Source of the DNA: an uncultured Thermoleophilia bacterium
Lineage (GTDB): Bacteria; Actinomycetota; Thermoleophilia; UBA2241
Direction of reading: 5' to 3'
Assembly (NCBI GenBank): GCA_963715985.1
Contig: CAVQSP010000014.1
Span: 320,001-384,000, forward strand
Length of the DNA: 64,000 nt
The stretch's first letter is position 1, and each line of letters begins with the position of its first letter. Below are positions 1-11,590 of the stretch, in pieces. A model generated the notes under the pieces. It was not told where the DNA came from. It made no database searches and saw nothing but the letters and a program-made list of their open reading frames with translations. Made by a program: the position numbers and the translations under genes.

Positions 1-224
1 TCGAGCGCGCCCATGCCGCCGGCATGGAGCTGTACGGCGGCGGCCAGTTCGAGCTCGGCGTGGGCCGCGACCACATCCAGGCTTTGGCCAGCCTGTTCTA
101 CCCCGATGGCCCCAACGACGTGGCGCCGCGCGACTACCACGGCGCGGCGCGGGCCGGCGTGCCCGCCAGCCCTCTGCAGCCGCTCGAGCAGGCGGCGGGG
201 TTCGTGTTCTCCTTCCGTCGCTGA
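1..224 (+). CDS. 3' end of a conserved hypothetical protein (possibly enolase-superfamily-like)
   Basis: Frame open from the window edge, ending ...YGGGQFELGVGRDHIQALASLFYPDGPNDVAP...; strong GC3 bias. Confidence 0.55.
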   Translation, partial: ERAHAAGMELYGGGQFELGVGRDHIQALASLFYPDGPNDVAPRDYHGAARAGVPASPLQPLEQAAGFVFSFRR

Positions 225-322
225 TCTCTGCGGCCCCCTCTCCTGCGATGTAGCCTGAGGCCGGCAGCGGTCGCAGCCGGCGGCTGCGTCCGGGCGTACA
301 TCGCGAGGCGGGGGGTCGGGCT

Positions 323-2164
323 GTGACGGAGGGTCCGTGGGAGGCCGCGAGTGCGGCGAGTCGGCCCGCCGCCATCGTCGGCCGGCGGGACGAGCTCGCC
401 CTCGCGATGGCGGTGCTCGCGGACGGCCGCCACCTGCTGATCGAGGGGCCGCCCGGCGTCGGCAAGACGGCCCTCGCCGCGTGCGTCTGTGAGCGCCTGG
501 GGCGGGCGACCGTCCGCGTGGACGGCGACCACGGCGTGTCGGCCGACCGGCTCGCCGGCTGGTTCGACCCGCCGCTCGTGCTGCGCGCCGGATATCGCTC
601 CGACGCCTTCACCGCCGGCCCGCTGGCCGCGGCCATGAGCGAGGGCCGGATCCTTCTCGTCAACGACCTCGACCGGCTGCCGGAGGCGGCGCAGAACCTG
701 CTCCTGCCGGCGCTCGACGAAGGGCTCCTCCAGGTGCCGCGCCTGGGCAGTGTCCGCGCCGCGCGCGGTTTCCTCGTGGTGGCCACGCGTGGCTCTGGCC
801 GGAGACGCGGGTGCGGCGCGTGTGCGCGGAGGCGCTCCGCGACCGGTTCGAGCTGTTGCTCCCTCGGCTACCAGAGCGAGAAGGAGGAACGCGAGATCGT
901 GAGGGCGCGGACCGGCTGCGAGGACGAGGACCTGGTGCGCGCGGCCGTCAGGATCACGCGCGCCACCCGCGTCCACCCGGCGCTCTCCCGGGGCGCGTCC
1001 GTGCGTGCCGCCATCTCGATGACGGCGCTGGCCGGCGAGCTGGGGGGCGTGAGCAGGCTGCGCCGCGCGGCCGCCGCCGCCCTGTGGGCGCGTGTCGAGC
1101 TTGACGATGCCTGTGGACGCCCGCTGGCGGACGTGATCGACGAGCTCGTCGAGGCGGCCGTCGCCGGCCGCGCGCAGCCGGCGGAGCGCCGGGCAGCCAC
1201 CGTGCGGCGTCATGACGGCGAGGGGACGGATGCCGAGTCGGGCGCGGAGTCACGCTCGAGTGAAGCGCCCGCTGCGCCCGACCCGGCGGCCGCCTGCGGC
1301 CTGGAGGCGCGCCGCGACCTCGCCGCGCGCCTCTCGCTGGACCTCCGCGACCTGGACGGCTGGGACATGGCGGCTCGCCTCTCGGCCGGCCGCCTCCCCG
1401 GCGAGACCGCCGGCGCCCGGCTCTGCGCGGAGCAGCTTGCGGCTGCGGCGGTGCTGGCCCGGGCACAGCGGCTCGTCGGCCCCCTGCGCGCGAGCACGCG
1501 TCCGGTGCGCGAGAAGCTCGCGGAGCCGCACCTGGGCGAGCTGTGCCTCGAGAACACGCTGGAGAACATCCTCGGCAAGCCGTGGGCCGAGGAGGGTGAC
1601 CTCGTGGTGGAGCGCCGCGAGGAGCGCCGGCGCGAGGCGGTGCTGATGCTCGACACCTCGCTGAGCATGGCCGGCGAGAAGATGGCGCTGGCCGCAGTGG
1701 CCGCGGCGGCGCTGGCGCTCAAGCTGCACGCCGGCGACCTCGCGCTGGTGCTCTTCGCCGACGAGGCGCGCGTGGTGGTGCGGCTGCGCGAGGAGGTGTC
1801 CGCCCGCGAGCTCGTGCGGCGCATGCTCGCGCGGCCGTGCGGCGGCGCCACCGACGTCGCGGCCGCGCTGGAGCTCGGGCAGGCCGAGCTGCGGCGCGGC
1901 CGCGACCCTCGCCGCAGCGCCGTGCTCGTCAGCGACGGCGTGTACACGGCCGGGCCGGACCCGCGCGCCGCCGCCGCCGGCTTCCCGGCGCTGCACGTGC
2001 TCCTGACCGGGACCGAGCGCGTCGGCGGAGGCTACTGGATCTCGCCGCGGCGCATGGCCGGCCGCGACGTAGCGGCGGCCGGCGGCGGCCGCGTGGTCCC
2101 CGTGGAGAGCTTCCGGGCGCTGCCGCGCCGCATGGTCGACCTGGCCGACCACGTGCTCCGCTGA
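323..2164 (+). CDS. MoxR-family AAA+ ATPase fused to a C-terminal vWA domain
   Basis: Walker A GPPGVGKT, variant Walker B VNDLDR, vWA MIDAS DTSLS and SDG; the EALRDRF segment is in another frame near 800-865 (compensating indels). Confidence 0.8.
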   Translation: MTEGPWEAASAASRPAAIVGRRDELALAMAVLADGRHLLIEGPPGVGKTALAACVCERLGRATVRVDGDHGVSADRLAGWFDPPLVLRAGYRSDAFTAGPLAAAMSEGRILLVNDLDRLPEAAQNLLLPALDEGLLQVPRLGSVRAARGFLVVATRGSGRRRGCGACARRRSATGSSCCSLGYQSEKEEREIVRARTGCEDEDLVRAAVRITRATRVHPALSRGASVRAAISMTALAGELGGVSRLRRAAAAALWARVELDDACGRPLADVIDELVEAAVAGRAQPAERRAATVRRHDGEGTDAESGAESRSSEAPAAPDPAAACGLEARRDLAARLSLDLRDLDGWDMAARLSAGRLPGETAGARLCAEQLAAAAVLARAQRLVGPLRASTRPVREKLAEPHLGELCLENTLENILGKPWAEEGDLVVERREERRREAVLMLDTSLSMAGEKMALAAVAAAALALKLHAGDLALVLFADEARVVVRLREEVSARELVRRMLARPCGGATDVAAALELGQAELRRGRDPRRSAVLVSDGVYTAGPDPRAAAAGFPALHVLLTGTERVGGGYWISPRRMAGRDVAAAGGGRVVPVESFRALPRRMVDLADHVLR

Positions 2165-2257
2165 GGCCGTGAGGCTGGTACACTGGCGCATCGTCGTGCG
2201 CCGGAGACGGCTGCCCCAGCGGTCGCGCCGGCCGGTCCGGACCCCGGAGGGAGACAC

Positions 2258-2797
2258 GTGAGCGACACGTCACACGAGCAGTTGCGCGAACGGGCGCTCG
2301 CCGCCGGTGCCAGCGACGCCGTCGTGGTCGGCCCATCGACCATCGTCACGGCCGAGTGGGTGCGCATGAAGTGCCTCTACGGCTGCACCCCGGGCGGCTG
2401 CCTCAACTGCCCGCCGCACTCGCCCACACCGCGGGAGACGCGCCGCCTCCTCGACGAGTACGAGACCATCCTGCTGCTCCGTTTCGACGTCGACTCCACG
2501 CGCACCGAGTGGCTCGCCTCGAGCGCCTGGGTCCACGACACCGCCTTGCGGCTGGAGCGCGAGCTCTTCCTGGAAGGGTTCTACAAGGTGTTCGCCATCG
2601 CCGGCGGGCGCCCGTGCGATCTGGAGGAGGACTGCGGCCGCCCCGAGACCTGCGCCAGCCGCGAGGGCCTGCGCCCGGGTCCTGTGGCCTGCGGCATCGA
2701 CGTGTTCACCACCAGCGCCAACGCCGGCTGGCCGTTGGCAGTGGTACAGGCGCCCGGCGAGCCGTATCATCGCTACGCACTCATCCTCGTCGCGTGA
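2258..2797 (+). CDS. DUF2284-family Cys-rich predicted metal-binding protein
   Basis: EWVRMKCLYGC...CLNCPPHSP, GGRPCDLEEDC, ACGIDVFTT; RBS GGAGG. Confidence 0.8.
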   Translation: MSDTSHEQLRERALAAGASDAVVVGPSTIVTAEWVRMKCLYGCTPGGCLNCPPHSPTPRETRRLLDEYETILLLRFDVDSTRTEWLASSAWVHDTALRLERELFLEGFYKVFAIAGGRPCDLEEDCGRPETCASREGLRPGPVACGIDVFTTSANAGWPLAVVQAPGEPYHRYALILVA

Positions 2798-2860
2798 CAG
2801 AAGGCCCGCGACGCACCGATCCACTGCAGTCTGACACCGCCGGACCCTGAGGTTGACCAT

Positions 2861-3772
2861 ATGACCCCCATCGAGAAGATCAAGCGCGAGCACGGCATCA
2901 TCGGCCGCGACCAGGAGCTCGCCATGGCACTGGCCGTGCTCGGCGCCGGCCGCCACCTGCTCCTCGAGGGGCCGGTGGGCGTGGGCAAGACCACAGTGGC
3001 CCTCGCCGTGTGCGCCCACCTCGGCCGCGACACCGTACGCGTGGACGGCGACGACCGCTACTCCGAGAGCAAGCTCACCGGCTGGTTCGACCCGCCGCTG
3101 GTGCTCAAGCAGGGCTACCGCGAAGAGTCGTTCTTCCCCGGCCCGCTGGTGGAAGCCATGCGCGGCGGCCGCGTGCTGTTCATCAACGAGCTCAACCGCA
3201 TGCCGGAGTCGGTGCAGAACGTGCTGCTGCCGGCACTCGACGAGCGCATCCTGCAGGTGCCGCACATCGGCCAGGTGCGTGCCGCCGAGGGCTTCCAGGT
3301 GGTGGCCACGCAGAACCCCGTGGAGTACGTGGCCACCGGACACCTCTCCGAGGCGCTCCGCGACCGCTTCGAGCACCAGGCGCTGCTCTACCAGTCCGCG
3401 GCCGAGGAGACGGACATCGTGATCGCCGAGACCGGCAGCGACGACCTCGGTCTGGTGACCACCGCGGTCCGACTCACCCGCGGCACGCGCCTGCACGCAC
3501 GCTTCCGCAAGGGCTCGTCCGTGCGCGGCGCCATCGCCACGGTGGCCATCGCCGAGGGCCTGTGGGCCACGAACCAGGACGCCTGCGGCTCCGTGAGCCG
3601 CGAGGTGCTGCGCCGCGCGGCCGAAGCCGCCCTCACCACGCGTGTGGACCTGCGCGACGATATCGACGCGGAGTTCGGCACGGCCCTCGACGAGCTCTTC
3701 GACCTCGTCGTCGACAAGGGCCTGGATCCCGACGAGGTGCTGGGCACAGCGGAGGCCTCCCCAAAAGTGTGA
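2861..3772 (+). CDS. MoxR-family AAA+ ATPase
   Basis: GPVGVGKT, FINELNR, VVATQNP, LSEALRDRF. Confidence 0.9.
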   Translation: MTPIEKIKREHGIIGRDQELAMALAVLGAGRHLLLEGPVGVGKTTVALAVCAHLGRDTVRVDGDDRYSESKLTGWFDPPLVLKQGYREESFFPGPLVEAMRGGRVLFINELNRMPESVQNVLLPALDERILQVPHIGQVRAAEGFQVVATQNPVEYVATGHLSEALRDRFEHQALLYQSAAEETDIVIAETGSDDLGLVTTAVRLTRGTRLHARFRKGSSVRGAIATVAIAEGLWATNQDACGSVSREVLRRAAEAALTTRVDLRDDIDAEFGTALDELFDLVVDKGLDPDEVLGTAEASPKV

Positions 3773-4698
3773 GCGCCTCCGGCAAGGGGCTCGACCAGAT
3801 GCGGAAGCGCCCCAGGACCAGGCCGGTGCAGACGCGCGAGCCGCCGCCACCGGAGCACGACGTCGCTATGGAGGCGCTGTCCAAGCGCTACCGCATGGAG
3901 GTGGACGACCTCGACGGCTGGTCGGTCGCGGTCAACCTCACCAAGACCGGCTGCCGCATCGTGGACCCGACGCTGCGTCACTACGCCGAGAAGCTGGCGG
4001 CGCGCGCCGTGCTGGCCCGCGCCCACCGCATCGTCGGCCCGCTGCGCGGCACCACGCACGTTGTGCGTGAGCGGCTCCGCGAGCCGTTCGCCGGCGAGAT
4101 CGACCTCGAGGCCACCATCGACAACGTGCTCGGCAAGGAGTACCCGGAGATCGGCGACTGGGTGGTGAAGCACCGCGAAGAGCGGCGCCACCAGGTGGTG
4201 CTCATGGTCGACACGTCGCTCTCCATGTCGGGCGAGAACATGGCCATCGCTTCAGTCGCCGCCGCCGTGCTGGCCCTCAAGCTGCACCCCGAGGACCTCT
4301 CCGTCGTCGTGTTCGAGAACACGGCCAAGGCGGTGACGCATCTGGAGGTCGCGGACGCGCCCGAGACGGTGGTGGAGCGCATGTTGGACCAGCCGGTGAA
4401 CGGCTATACCAACATCTCGGCCGCCCTGGAGCTCGGCGCGAGGGAGCTGGAGCGCGGCCGCAACCCCCGCCGCAGCGGCCTGCTCATCACCGACGGCGTC
4501 GTGACGGCGGGCGGCGACCCGGTGCACCTCGCGCACCGCTTCCCCAAGCTCTTCGTCCTGCTCACGGAGGACTACAAGTCCAACCCCAGGTTGTGCCGCG
4601 AGCTGGCCGACGCCGCCAAGGGCGACGTCTTCCCGGTCAACACGTTCCGTGAGCTGCCCTCCCGCCTGCTGACGGTGGCCAACCGCGTGCTGCGGTAG
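3769..4698 (+). CDS. vWA-domain protein (CoxE-like partner of MoxR)
   Basis: GTG overlaps the MoxR stop; MIDAS DTSLS, GYTNI, LITDG. Confidence 0.85.
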   Translation: MSASGKGLDQMRKRPRTRPVQTREPPPPEHDVAMEALSKRYRMEVDDLDGWSVAVNLTKTGCRIVDPTLRHYAEKLAARAVLARAHRIVGPLRGTTHVVRERLREPFAGEIDLEATIDNVLGKEYPEIGDWVVKHREERRHQVVLMVDTSLSMSGENMAIASVAAAVLALKLHPEDLSVVVFENTAKAVTHLEVADAPETVVERMLDQPVNGYTNISAALELGARELERGRNPRRSGLLITDGVVTAGGDPVHLAHRFPKLFVLLTEDYKSNPRLCRELADAAKGDVFPVNTFRELPSRLLTVANRVLR

Positions 4699-4746
4699 AC
4701 TGTGCGCGGGGCGCCACCGCGCCCCTTCACGCGCAAGGAGACAGTG

Positions 4747-5250
4747 GTGGCAGTGTTCGGACCCCCCAACGTCGCCAAGCTCGAGGCAGTCGGCAAGATC
4801 GACGGGCTCGTGCGGGCGGCCAAGTACAAGAAGGACCCGGCCGTGGCCGCCGACGCGCGCCGCGCCCTCACGGGCTTCCTGGACAAGGTCATCCAGCGGC
4901 TGGACACCAAGAACATCGTGCAGCTCGACACGGCCCGCGAGGCCCTCGTCATCATCGGCCCGCCGGCCCGCGACCGCCTCATCTTCATCCTGCAGCAGGG
5001 CCACCTCCACCGCCGCCAGGATGCCGCCTATGTTCTGGGCATGATGGGTGACTCCGAGGCAGTCCAGCCGTTGTGCGTAGCCATGCACAACCCCGACGCG
5101 CTGCTGCGCATGATCATCGTGGAGGCGCTGGGCAAGATCGGCGACCCGGCGGCCACCGACACGCTGCGGCGGGCCCTGGGCGACCCGGAACCTCGCGTGG
5201 CCACCGCGGCGTCCAAGGCGCTGAAGAAGCTCCGCGTGGAGCCTTCTTGA
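4747..5250 (+). CDS. HEAT/PBS-lyase repeat protein
   Basis: Repeats AAYVLGMMGDSEAVQPL and EALGKIGDPAATDTL; RBS AAGGAG. Confidence 0.8.
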   Translation: MAVFGPPNVAKLEAVGKIDGLVRAAKYKKDPAVAADARRALTGFLDKVIQRLDTKNIVQLDTAREALVIIGPPARDRLIFILQQGHLHRRQDAAYVLGMMGDSEAVQPLCVAMHNPDALLRMIIVEALGKIGDPAATDTLRRALGDPEPRVATAASKALKKLRVEPS

Positions 5251-5422
5251 CGCACCAGCGTTGCCCGTGGGTACACTCGCAGTGACGCGGGCGCCGTGGA
5301 GCGCGCCCGCATCACAGGGCGTGAGGAGGTCCGTTGCAGTCTGTCGCTGTCGTCCTGCACTCGTGGTCTGAACCGAGCGCCGCCCGGACGGCGGGCGACG
5401 GCCCGATGAGGAGCGAGGCCGC

Positions 5423-7207
5423 GTGAGCGTGCTGACGCTGGACGGGCCGGCCTTCTCGAGGGCCCTGCGTGGCGGCGCCCTCGCGGTGATGCGCGAGCAG
5501 GAGGTCCTCAACCGCATCAACGTGTTCCCGGTGCGCGATGCGGACACCGGAGCCAATCTCGCGGCGACGCTCAAGGCGGCTGCGGCCCGTCTGGGAGCGG
5601 CCTCGGCCGTGGGCGTGGGGGAGGCGGCCCGTGTGGCCGCCGACGGCGCCCTCGAGGGCGCCCGCGGTAACTCCGGCGCCATCTTCGCGCAGTTCCTCCA
5701 CGGCCTCGCCGGCGGCATGGCACCGCACCAGCAGGTCGACGGGGTCCAGTTCGCGGTCGCCGCCGGCCTCGGCACGGACTCCGCCTACTCCGCCTTGCAG
5801 GAGCCGCGTGAGGGCACCATCCTCTCCGTGTTGCGCGCCTGGTCGCGCGAGCTCACGCGCCGGGCCCACGAGGACGAGTTCGTCGAGATGATGCACGGCG
5901 GCCTCGTGGAGGCGCGGGCGGCGCTCGCCGAGACGGAGCACCAGCTCAAGGTCCTGGCCCTCAACCACGTGGTGGACGCAGGCGGCCAGGGGTTCGTGTA
6001 CTTCCTCGAGGGCCTGCTCGAGTCGTTGCGCGGGCGTAGCCCGCAGTGGGCGCCGGCGGAGGCATCGCCGCGCGGCATCCCTCCGTTCTCGCCCGGCCAC
6101 GATGAGGTCGACGACCGGTATCGCTACTGCAGCGAGGTCCTTCTGGCGCCGGATGACGGCCGGGCGCTGTCGCGCGACGCCGTCATGGCCGCGGTCGGGG
6201 GGCTCGGCGATTCCCTCGTGGTGGCGGGCGGCGAGCGGCGGCTGCGCGTGCACCTGCACACCAACGAGCCGCAGCGCTTCATCGCCACCGTCGCGAGCCT
6301 CGGCGTGCTCGAGCGCAGCAAGATCGACGACATGGTCCTGCAGCAGCTGGCCGGGCGCGAGTCCACGGTGGCGCTGGTCACCGATTCCACCACGGACATG
6401 CCCGAGGAGGACGCCTTCAAGCTCGGCGTCGTCACGGTGCCGCTCACGCTCGTGCTCGGCGACGAGGAGTACCTCGACGGCGTGGACATCACGGCGGAGG
6501 GGTTCGTGAGGCGCGTCAGCGACAGCTCCCTCGCACCTCACTCCTCGCAGCCGGCGGCGTCCGACTTCGCGGAGACCTACCGGCGCCTGCTCGAGTACCA
6601 CGACGGCGTACTCTCCGTGCACATCGCCGGCGCGATGTCGGGCACGGTGCAGGCTGCGCGCGCCGCGGCCCGCGAAGTCGACCCCGAGCGCGTTCGCGTG
6701 GTGGACACGCGCTCCGTCTCGGTGGGCTCCGGGCTGGTCCTGGAGGCCGCGGGAGAGGCGGTCGCCGGCGGCGCCGGTCTCGACGAGGTGGCCGCCGCGG
6801 CCGAGCAGGCTGCGCGGGACGTGCGCGTGTTCGGCGCCCCGGCCTCGCTCGAATTCGCCGTGCGCGGCGGCCGCGTGAGCCCCCGCATGGCGCGCACGCT
6901 GAAACGTCTTCACTTGGCCCCCATCATCGTCTTCGACGAGACCGGCAGGGCGGGCAAGGGAGGGGCTGCGCTCGGGTTCGATCGCGCCCTGGACGCCATC
7001 GTCAAGCGCGCCCTGCGCTACGCCGGCGGCGCTCCGGCCCGTGCCATGGTCGTGCACAGCGGCGATCCGGCGGGCGCCGCGCACGTTTCCGCCCGCCTGC
7101 AGGCCGCTCTGGGCGGCGACGTGCCCGTGGTCCGTGCGGGGGCGGTGCTCACCAGCCACGTCGGGCTGGGCTCGGTCACCGTCGCCATCCGCCGCCTGCC
7201 CGGCTGA
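5423..7207 (+). CDS. DAK2 (FakA-like) plus DegV (FakB-like) fusion protein
   Basis: LNRINVFPVRDADTGANL, GARGNSG, VVDAGGQG, VHLHTN; C-terminal DegV LVTDSTTD, SSQP, SGT, HVG. Confidence 0.88.
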   Translation: MSVLTLDGPAFSRALRGGALAVMREQEVLNRINVFPVRDADTGANLAATLKAAAARLGAASAVGVGEAARVAADGALEGARGNSGAIFAQFLHGLAGGMAPHQQVDGVQFAVAAGLGTDSAYSALQEPREGTILSVLRAWSRELTRRAHEDEFVEMMHGGLVEARAALAETEHQLKVLALNHVVDAGGQGFVYFLEGLLESLRGRSPQWAPAEASPRGIPPFSPGHDEVDDRYRYCSEVLLAPDDGRALSRDAVMAAVGGLGDSLVVAGGERRLRVHLHTNEPQRFIATVASLGVLERSKIDDMVLQQLAGRESTVALVTDSTTDMPEEDAFKLGVVTVPLTLVLGDEEYLDGVDITAEGFVRRVSDSSLAPHSSQPAASDFAETYRRLLEYHDGVLSVHIAGAMSGTVQAARAAAREVDPERVRVVDTRSVSVGSGLVLEAAGEAVAGGAGLDEVAAAAEQAARDVRVFGAPASLEFAVRGGRVSPRMARTLKRLHLAPIIVFDETGRAGKGGAALGFDRALDAIVKRALRYAGGAPARAMVVHSGDPAGAAHVSARLQAALGGDVPVVRAGAVLTSHVGLGSVTVAIRRLPG

Positions 7208-7339
7208 GCTCACGCCTCGCCGACATCGCGTCGCGCCCGGGGCGCAAAACACCGGCTGCGTGATGTTTTCGCCGCCGTGCCCCCGGGAAGTGACTCCACG
7301 GGTCCCTGCTGGGCCCGCCGTTCCTACCCTGGAGGACCG

Positions 7340-8473
7340 ATGGCCGTTCGCATAGGCGTGCCCCGCGAGACCGCGACGGGCGAGACGCGTGTGGCCCTGG
7401 TGCCGGCGGTGGCCGAGAAGTACGCGGCTTTGGGCGCAGAGGTCCTGCTGGAGAAGGGCGCCGGGCAGCTCAGCCACCTCTACGACGCCGAGTACACGGC
7501 GGTCACGCTCGTGGACACCGCCGCCGAGGCGCTCGGCGCCGACGTGGTCCTCAAGGTCGATCCACCCTCGCCGGCAGAGACCGCGCAGATGCGCGAAGGC
7601 GCCGTCGTCGTCGGCCTGCTGCATCCGTACAAGGCCTTTGAAGACATCACCGCGCTGCGGGACCGCAAGGTCACGAGCTTCGCCTTGGAGCTGCTGCCGC
7701 GCATCTCGCGCGCCCAGTCCATGGACGCTCTCACCTCGCAGGCGTCCATCGCCGGGTACAAGGCCGTGCTCATGGCCGCGTGCATGGCCGGCCGCTACTT
7801 CCCGATGCTCACCACCCCGGCCGGCACGCTGCGCCCGGCCAAGGTCGTGGTGCTCGGCGTCGGCGTGGCCGGGCTGCAGGCCATCGCCACGGCCCGGCGT
7901 CTCGGCGCCGTGGTGGAGGCCTACGACGTGCGCGCCGCCACGCGCGAGCAGGTGCAGTCGCTGGGCGGGCGCTTCATCGACACCGGCATCGACGCCGAGG
8001 CCGAGGGCGGCTACGCCCGCGAGCTCACCGACGAGGAGAAGGCCAAGGCCCAGGAGATCGTCGACAAGCACCTCGTGGATGCCGACGCGATCATCACGAC
8101 GGCCGCCATTCCCGGCCGGCCGTCGCCCAAGCTCGTCAGTGCCGCCGTGGTCGACCGCATGAAGCCGGGCGCGGTGATCATCGATATGGCCGCCGAGGGC
8201 GGCGGCAACTGCGATCTCACCAGGCCCGGAGAGCAGTACAACCATCCCAACGGCGTCTTCATCTATGGGCCGCTCAACATCCCCGGCATGCTGCCGGTGC
8301 ACGCCAGCGACCAGTACGCGCGCAACCTCATGCACTTCCTCACGCCGTTCATCGTGGAGGGCGAGCTCAAGCTGGACTGGAGCGACGAGGTGCTGGCGGG
8401 CAGCGTCCTCACGCACGACGGCGCCATCGTCAACGAGCGCGTCCGTGCTCTGGTGGAAGGAGAGGCGCCATGA
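7340..8473 (+). CDS. pntA: NAD(P) transhydrogenase subunit alpha, part 1
   Basis: ETRVALVP, SRAQSMDAL, GVGVAGLQAIATARRLGA, TTAAIPGRPSP. Confidence 0.95.
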   Translation: MAVRIGVPRETATGETRVALVPAVAEKYAALGAEVLLEKGAGQLSHLYDAEYTAVTLVDTAAEALGADVVLKVDPPSPAETAQMREGAVVVGLLHPYKAFEDITALRDRKVTSFALELLPRISRAQSMDALTSQASIAGYKAVLMAACMAGRYFPMLTTPAGTLRPAKVVVLGVGVAGLQAIATARRLGAVVEAYDVRAATREQVQSLGGRFIDTGIDAEAEGGYARELTDEEKAKAQEIVDKHLVDADAIITTAAIPGRPSPKLVSAAVVDRMKPGAVIIDMAAEGGGNCDLTRPGEQYNHPNGVFIYGPLNIPGMLPVHASDQYARNLMHFLTPFIVEGELKLDWSDEVLAGSVLTHDGAIVNERVRALVEGEAP

Positions 8474-8813
8474 TCAGCGGCTGGGCGGCGCTGTACATCT
8501 TCATCCTCGCCGGCTTCGTCGGCTACGAGGTCATCTCGCGGGTGCCGGTGATCCTGCACACGCCGCTCATGAGCGGCTCCAACTTCGTGCACGGCATCGT
8601 GGTGGTGGGCGCCATGGTGGCGCTCGGTAACGCCACCACGACGCCCGAGCGCATCCTCGGCTTCATCGCGGTACTGCTGGGCACGGCCAACGCCGTCGGC
8701 GGCTACGCCGTCACCGAGCGCATGCTCGAGATGTTCACGAGCAGCAAGGACAAGGGACGCAAGAAGGCCGACGAGGTCGACACGGCGGCGGCGGCGAGAG
8801 AAGGCGGGCTGCG

Positions 8814-10205
<1,392 letters not shown>

Positions 10206-10283
10206 CGAGCTGGGCTCGCGCCGGCCAGGGTGACGTTCCCCGTCACCCGTTGAACTCGGACACCGCCCCGCCACACTGAGGCG

Positions 10284-11258
10284 GTGTCGGAGCTCATCAC
10301 CCAGATGCAGGCCGCCCTGCGTGCCCGCCACTACAGCCGCCGCACCGAGCAGTCCCATTGCCGCTGGGTGCGTCGGTACATCCGCTTCCATGGCCTCAGG
10401 CACCCGGCCGGCATGGCCGAGCCGGAGATCAACGCCTTCGTCACCCATCTTGCGGTCGAGGACAAGGTCAGCGCCTCGACGCAGACGCAGGCGCTCTCCG
10501 CGATCCTCTTCCTCTACCGCCACGTGTTGCATCGGGAGGTCGGAAGACTCGCCGGCCTCGTCCGCGCGTACGAGTCCACGCACCTGCCCGTCGTCCTGAG
10601 CAGGGAGGAGGTCCGGGTGCTCCTAGACGAGCTCGAGCGCCGAGGCCCGGCCGGCTTCGAGGTCTGGCTCATCGCGTCCCTGCTCTACGGCGCAGGCTGC
10701 GCCTCAACGAGTGCCTGCGCCTGCGTGTGCTCGACCTCGACCTTGCGCGCGGCGAGCTCGTCGTGCGCGACGGCAAGGGCGGCAAGGACCGCGCCACGAC
10801 ACTGCCACGTGCCCTGGAACCGGCGCTGCGCGACCAGTTGCGCCACACGCGCGCCGTGCACGAGGCGGACCTCGCCGCCGGCTGGGGACGTGTCCAGCTC
10901 CCCGACGCCCTCGCGCGCAAATACCCGCGCGCCCCGGCCGAGTGGCGCTGGCAGTGGGTCTTTCCGCAGCAACGCCGCTGGATCGACCGCCGCACGGGGG
11001 ATCAGGGCCGTCACCACGTCCACCCGACCATCGTCCAGCGCGCCGTCCACGACGCCGTCCGGCGCGCCGGCATCGACAAGCACGCCACTTGCCACACCCT
11101 CCGCCACTCCTTCGCCACGCACATGCTCGAGACCGGCTACGACATGCGCACCATCCAGGAGCTCCTCGGCCACAAGGACGTCGGCACCACCATGATCTAC
11201 ACCCACGTCCTCCATGCGCGGCGGCCAGGGTGTGCGCAGCCCGCTCGACGCGCTGTGA
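10284..11258 (+). CDS. intI: Integron integrase IntI (apparent frameshifts at ~10695 and ~11215)
   Basis: [46 protein letters not shown], integron-specific insert [53 protein letters not shown], and GVRSPLD in a shifted frame. Confidence 0.95.
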
Positions 11259-11289
11259 TGACTCCCCCGCGCTCCTTGGCATCAGAGCA

Positions 11290-11306
11290 ATAAAGGTATA
11301 CTTTAT
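11290..11306. promoter_or_regulatory. Palindrome ATAAAG-GTATA-CTTTAT, probable BrnA operator/promoter
   Basis: AT-rich perfect 6-bp inverted repeat containing TATACT and abutting the brnT start. Confidence 0.55.
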
Positions 11307-11590
11307 GGAGAGTAAAGGGAGCGAGCCGCAGTTCGAGTTCGACGAGCGCAAGAGCCGCCTCAACAGCCTCAAGCACGGCATCGACTTCGTCGAGGCGCAG
11401 GCGCTCTGGCTGGATGAAGCGCTTCTCGAGGGTCGTGGTCGCGGAACGGGAGAGACCCGGCTTCTTATGATCGGACGGATCGAAGCGGAGACACTGGGCG
11501 GCGGTCATCACCTACCGGGGACCGTCCATCCGGATCATCTCGGTGCGGAGAGCACGCGCGAGGGAGATCGAGGCATATGAAGGCCAGTGA
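11305..11590 (+). CDS. brnT: BrnT-family toxin (apparent frameshift ~11490)
   Basis: FEFDERKSRLNSLKHGIDFVEAQALW, then HWAAVITYRGPSIRIISVRRAR in a shifted frame. Confidence 0.88.

Noticed and set aside
5312-8416. Very long antisense and alternate-frame ORFs (e.g. 5312-8416, 36746-39241, 57965-59716)
   Set aside because: These are shadow ORFs of high-GC coding sequence opposite well-supported genes.
10206-10283. LexA box upstream of intI
   Set aside because: No CTGT-N8-ACAG or CGAAC-N4-GTTCG match was found; only a GGGTGACG/CGTCACCC hairpin is present.
10284-11258. intI as a pseudogene because of two frameshifts
   Set aside because: Similar single-base shifts hit pntB, pgi, panE, the AddAB-like genes, malT-like and others, so sequencing error is more likely. 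All catalytic motifs are present. Read polishing is needed to decide.
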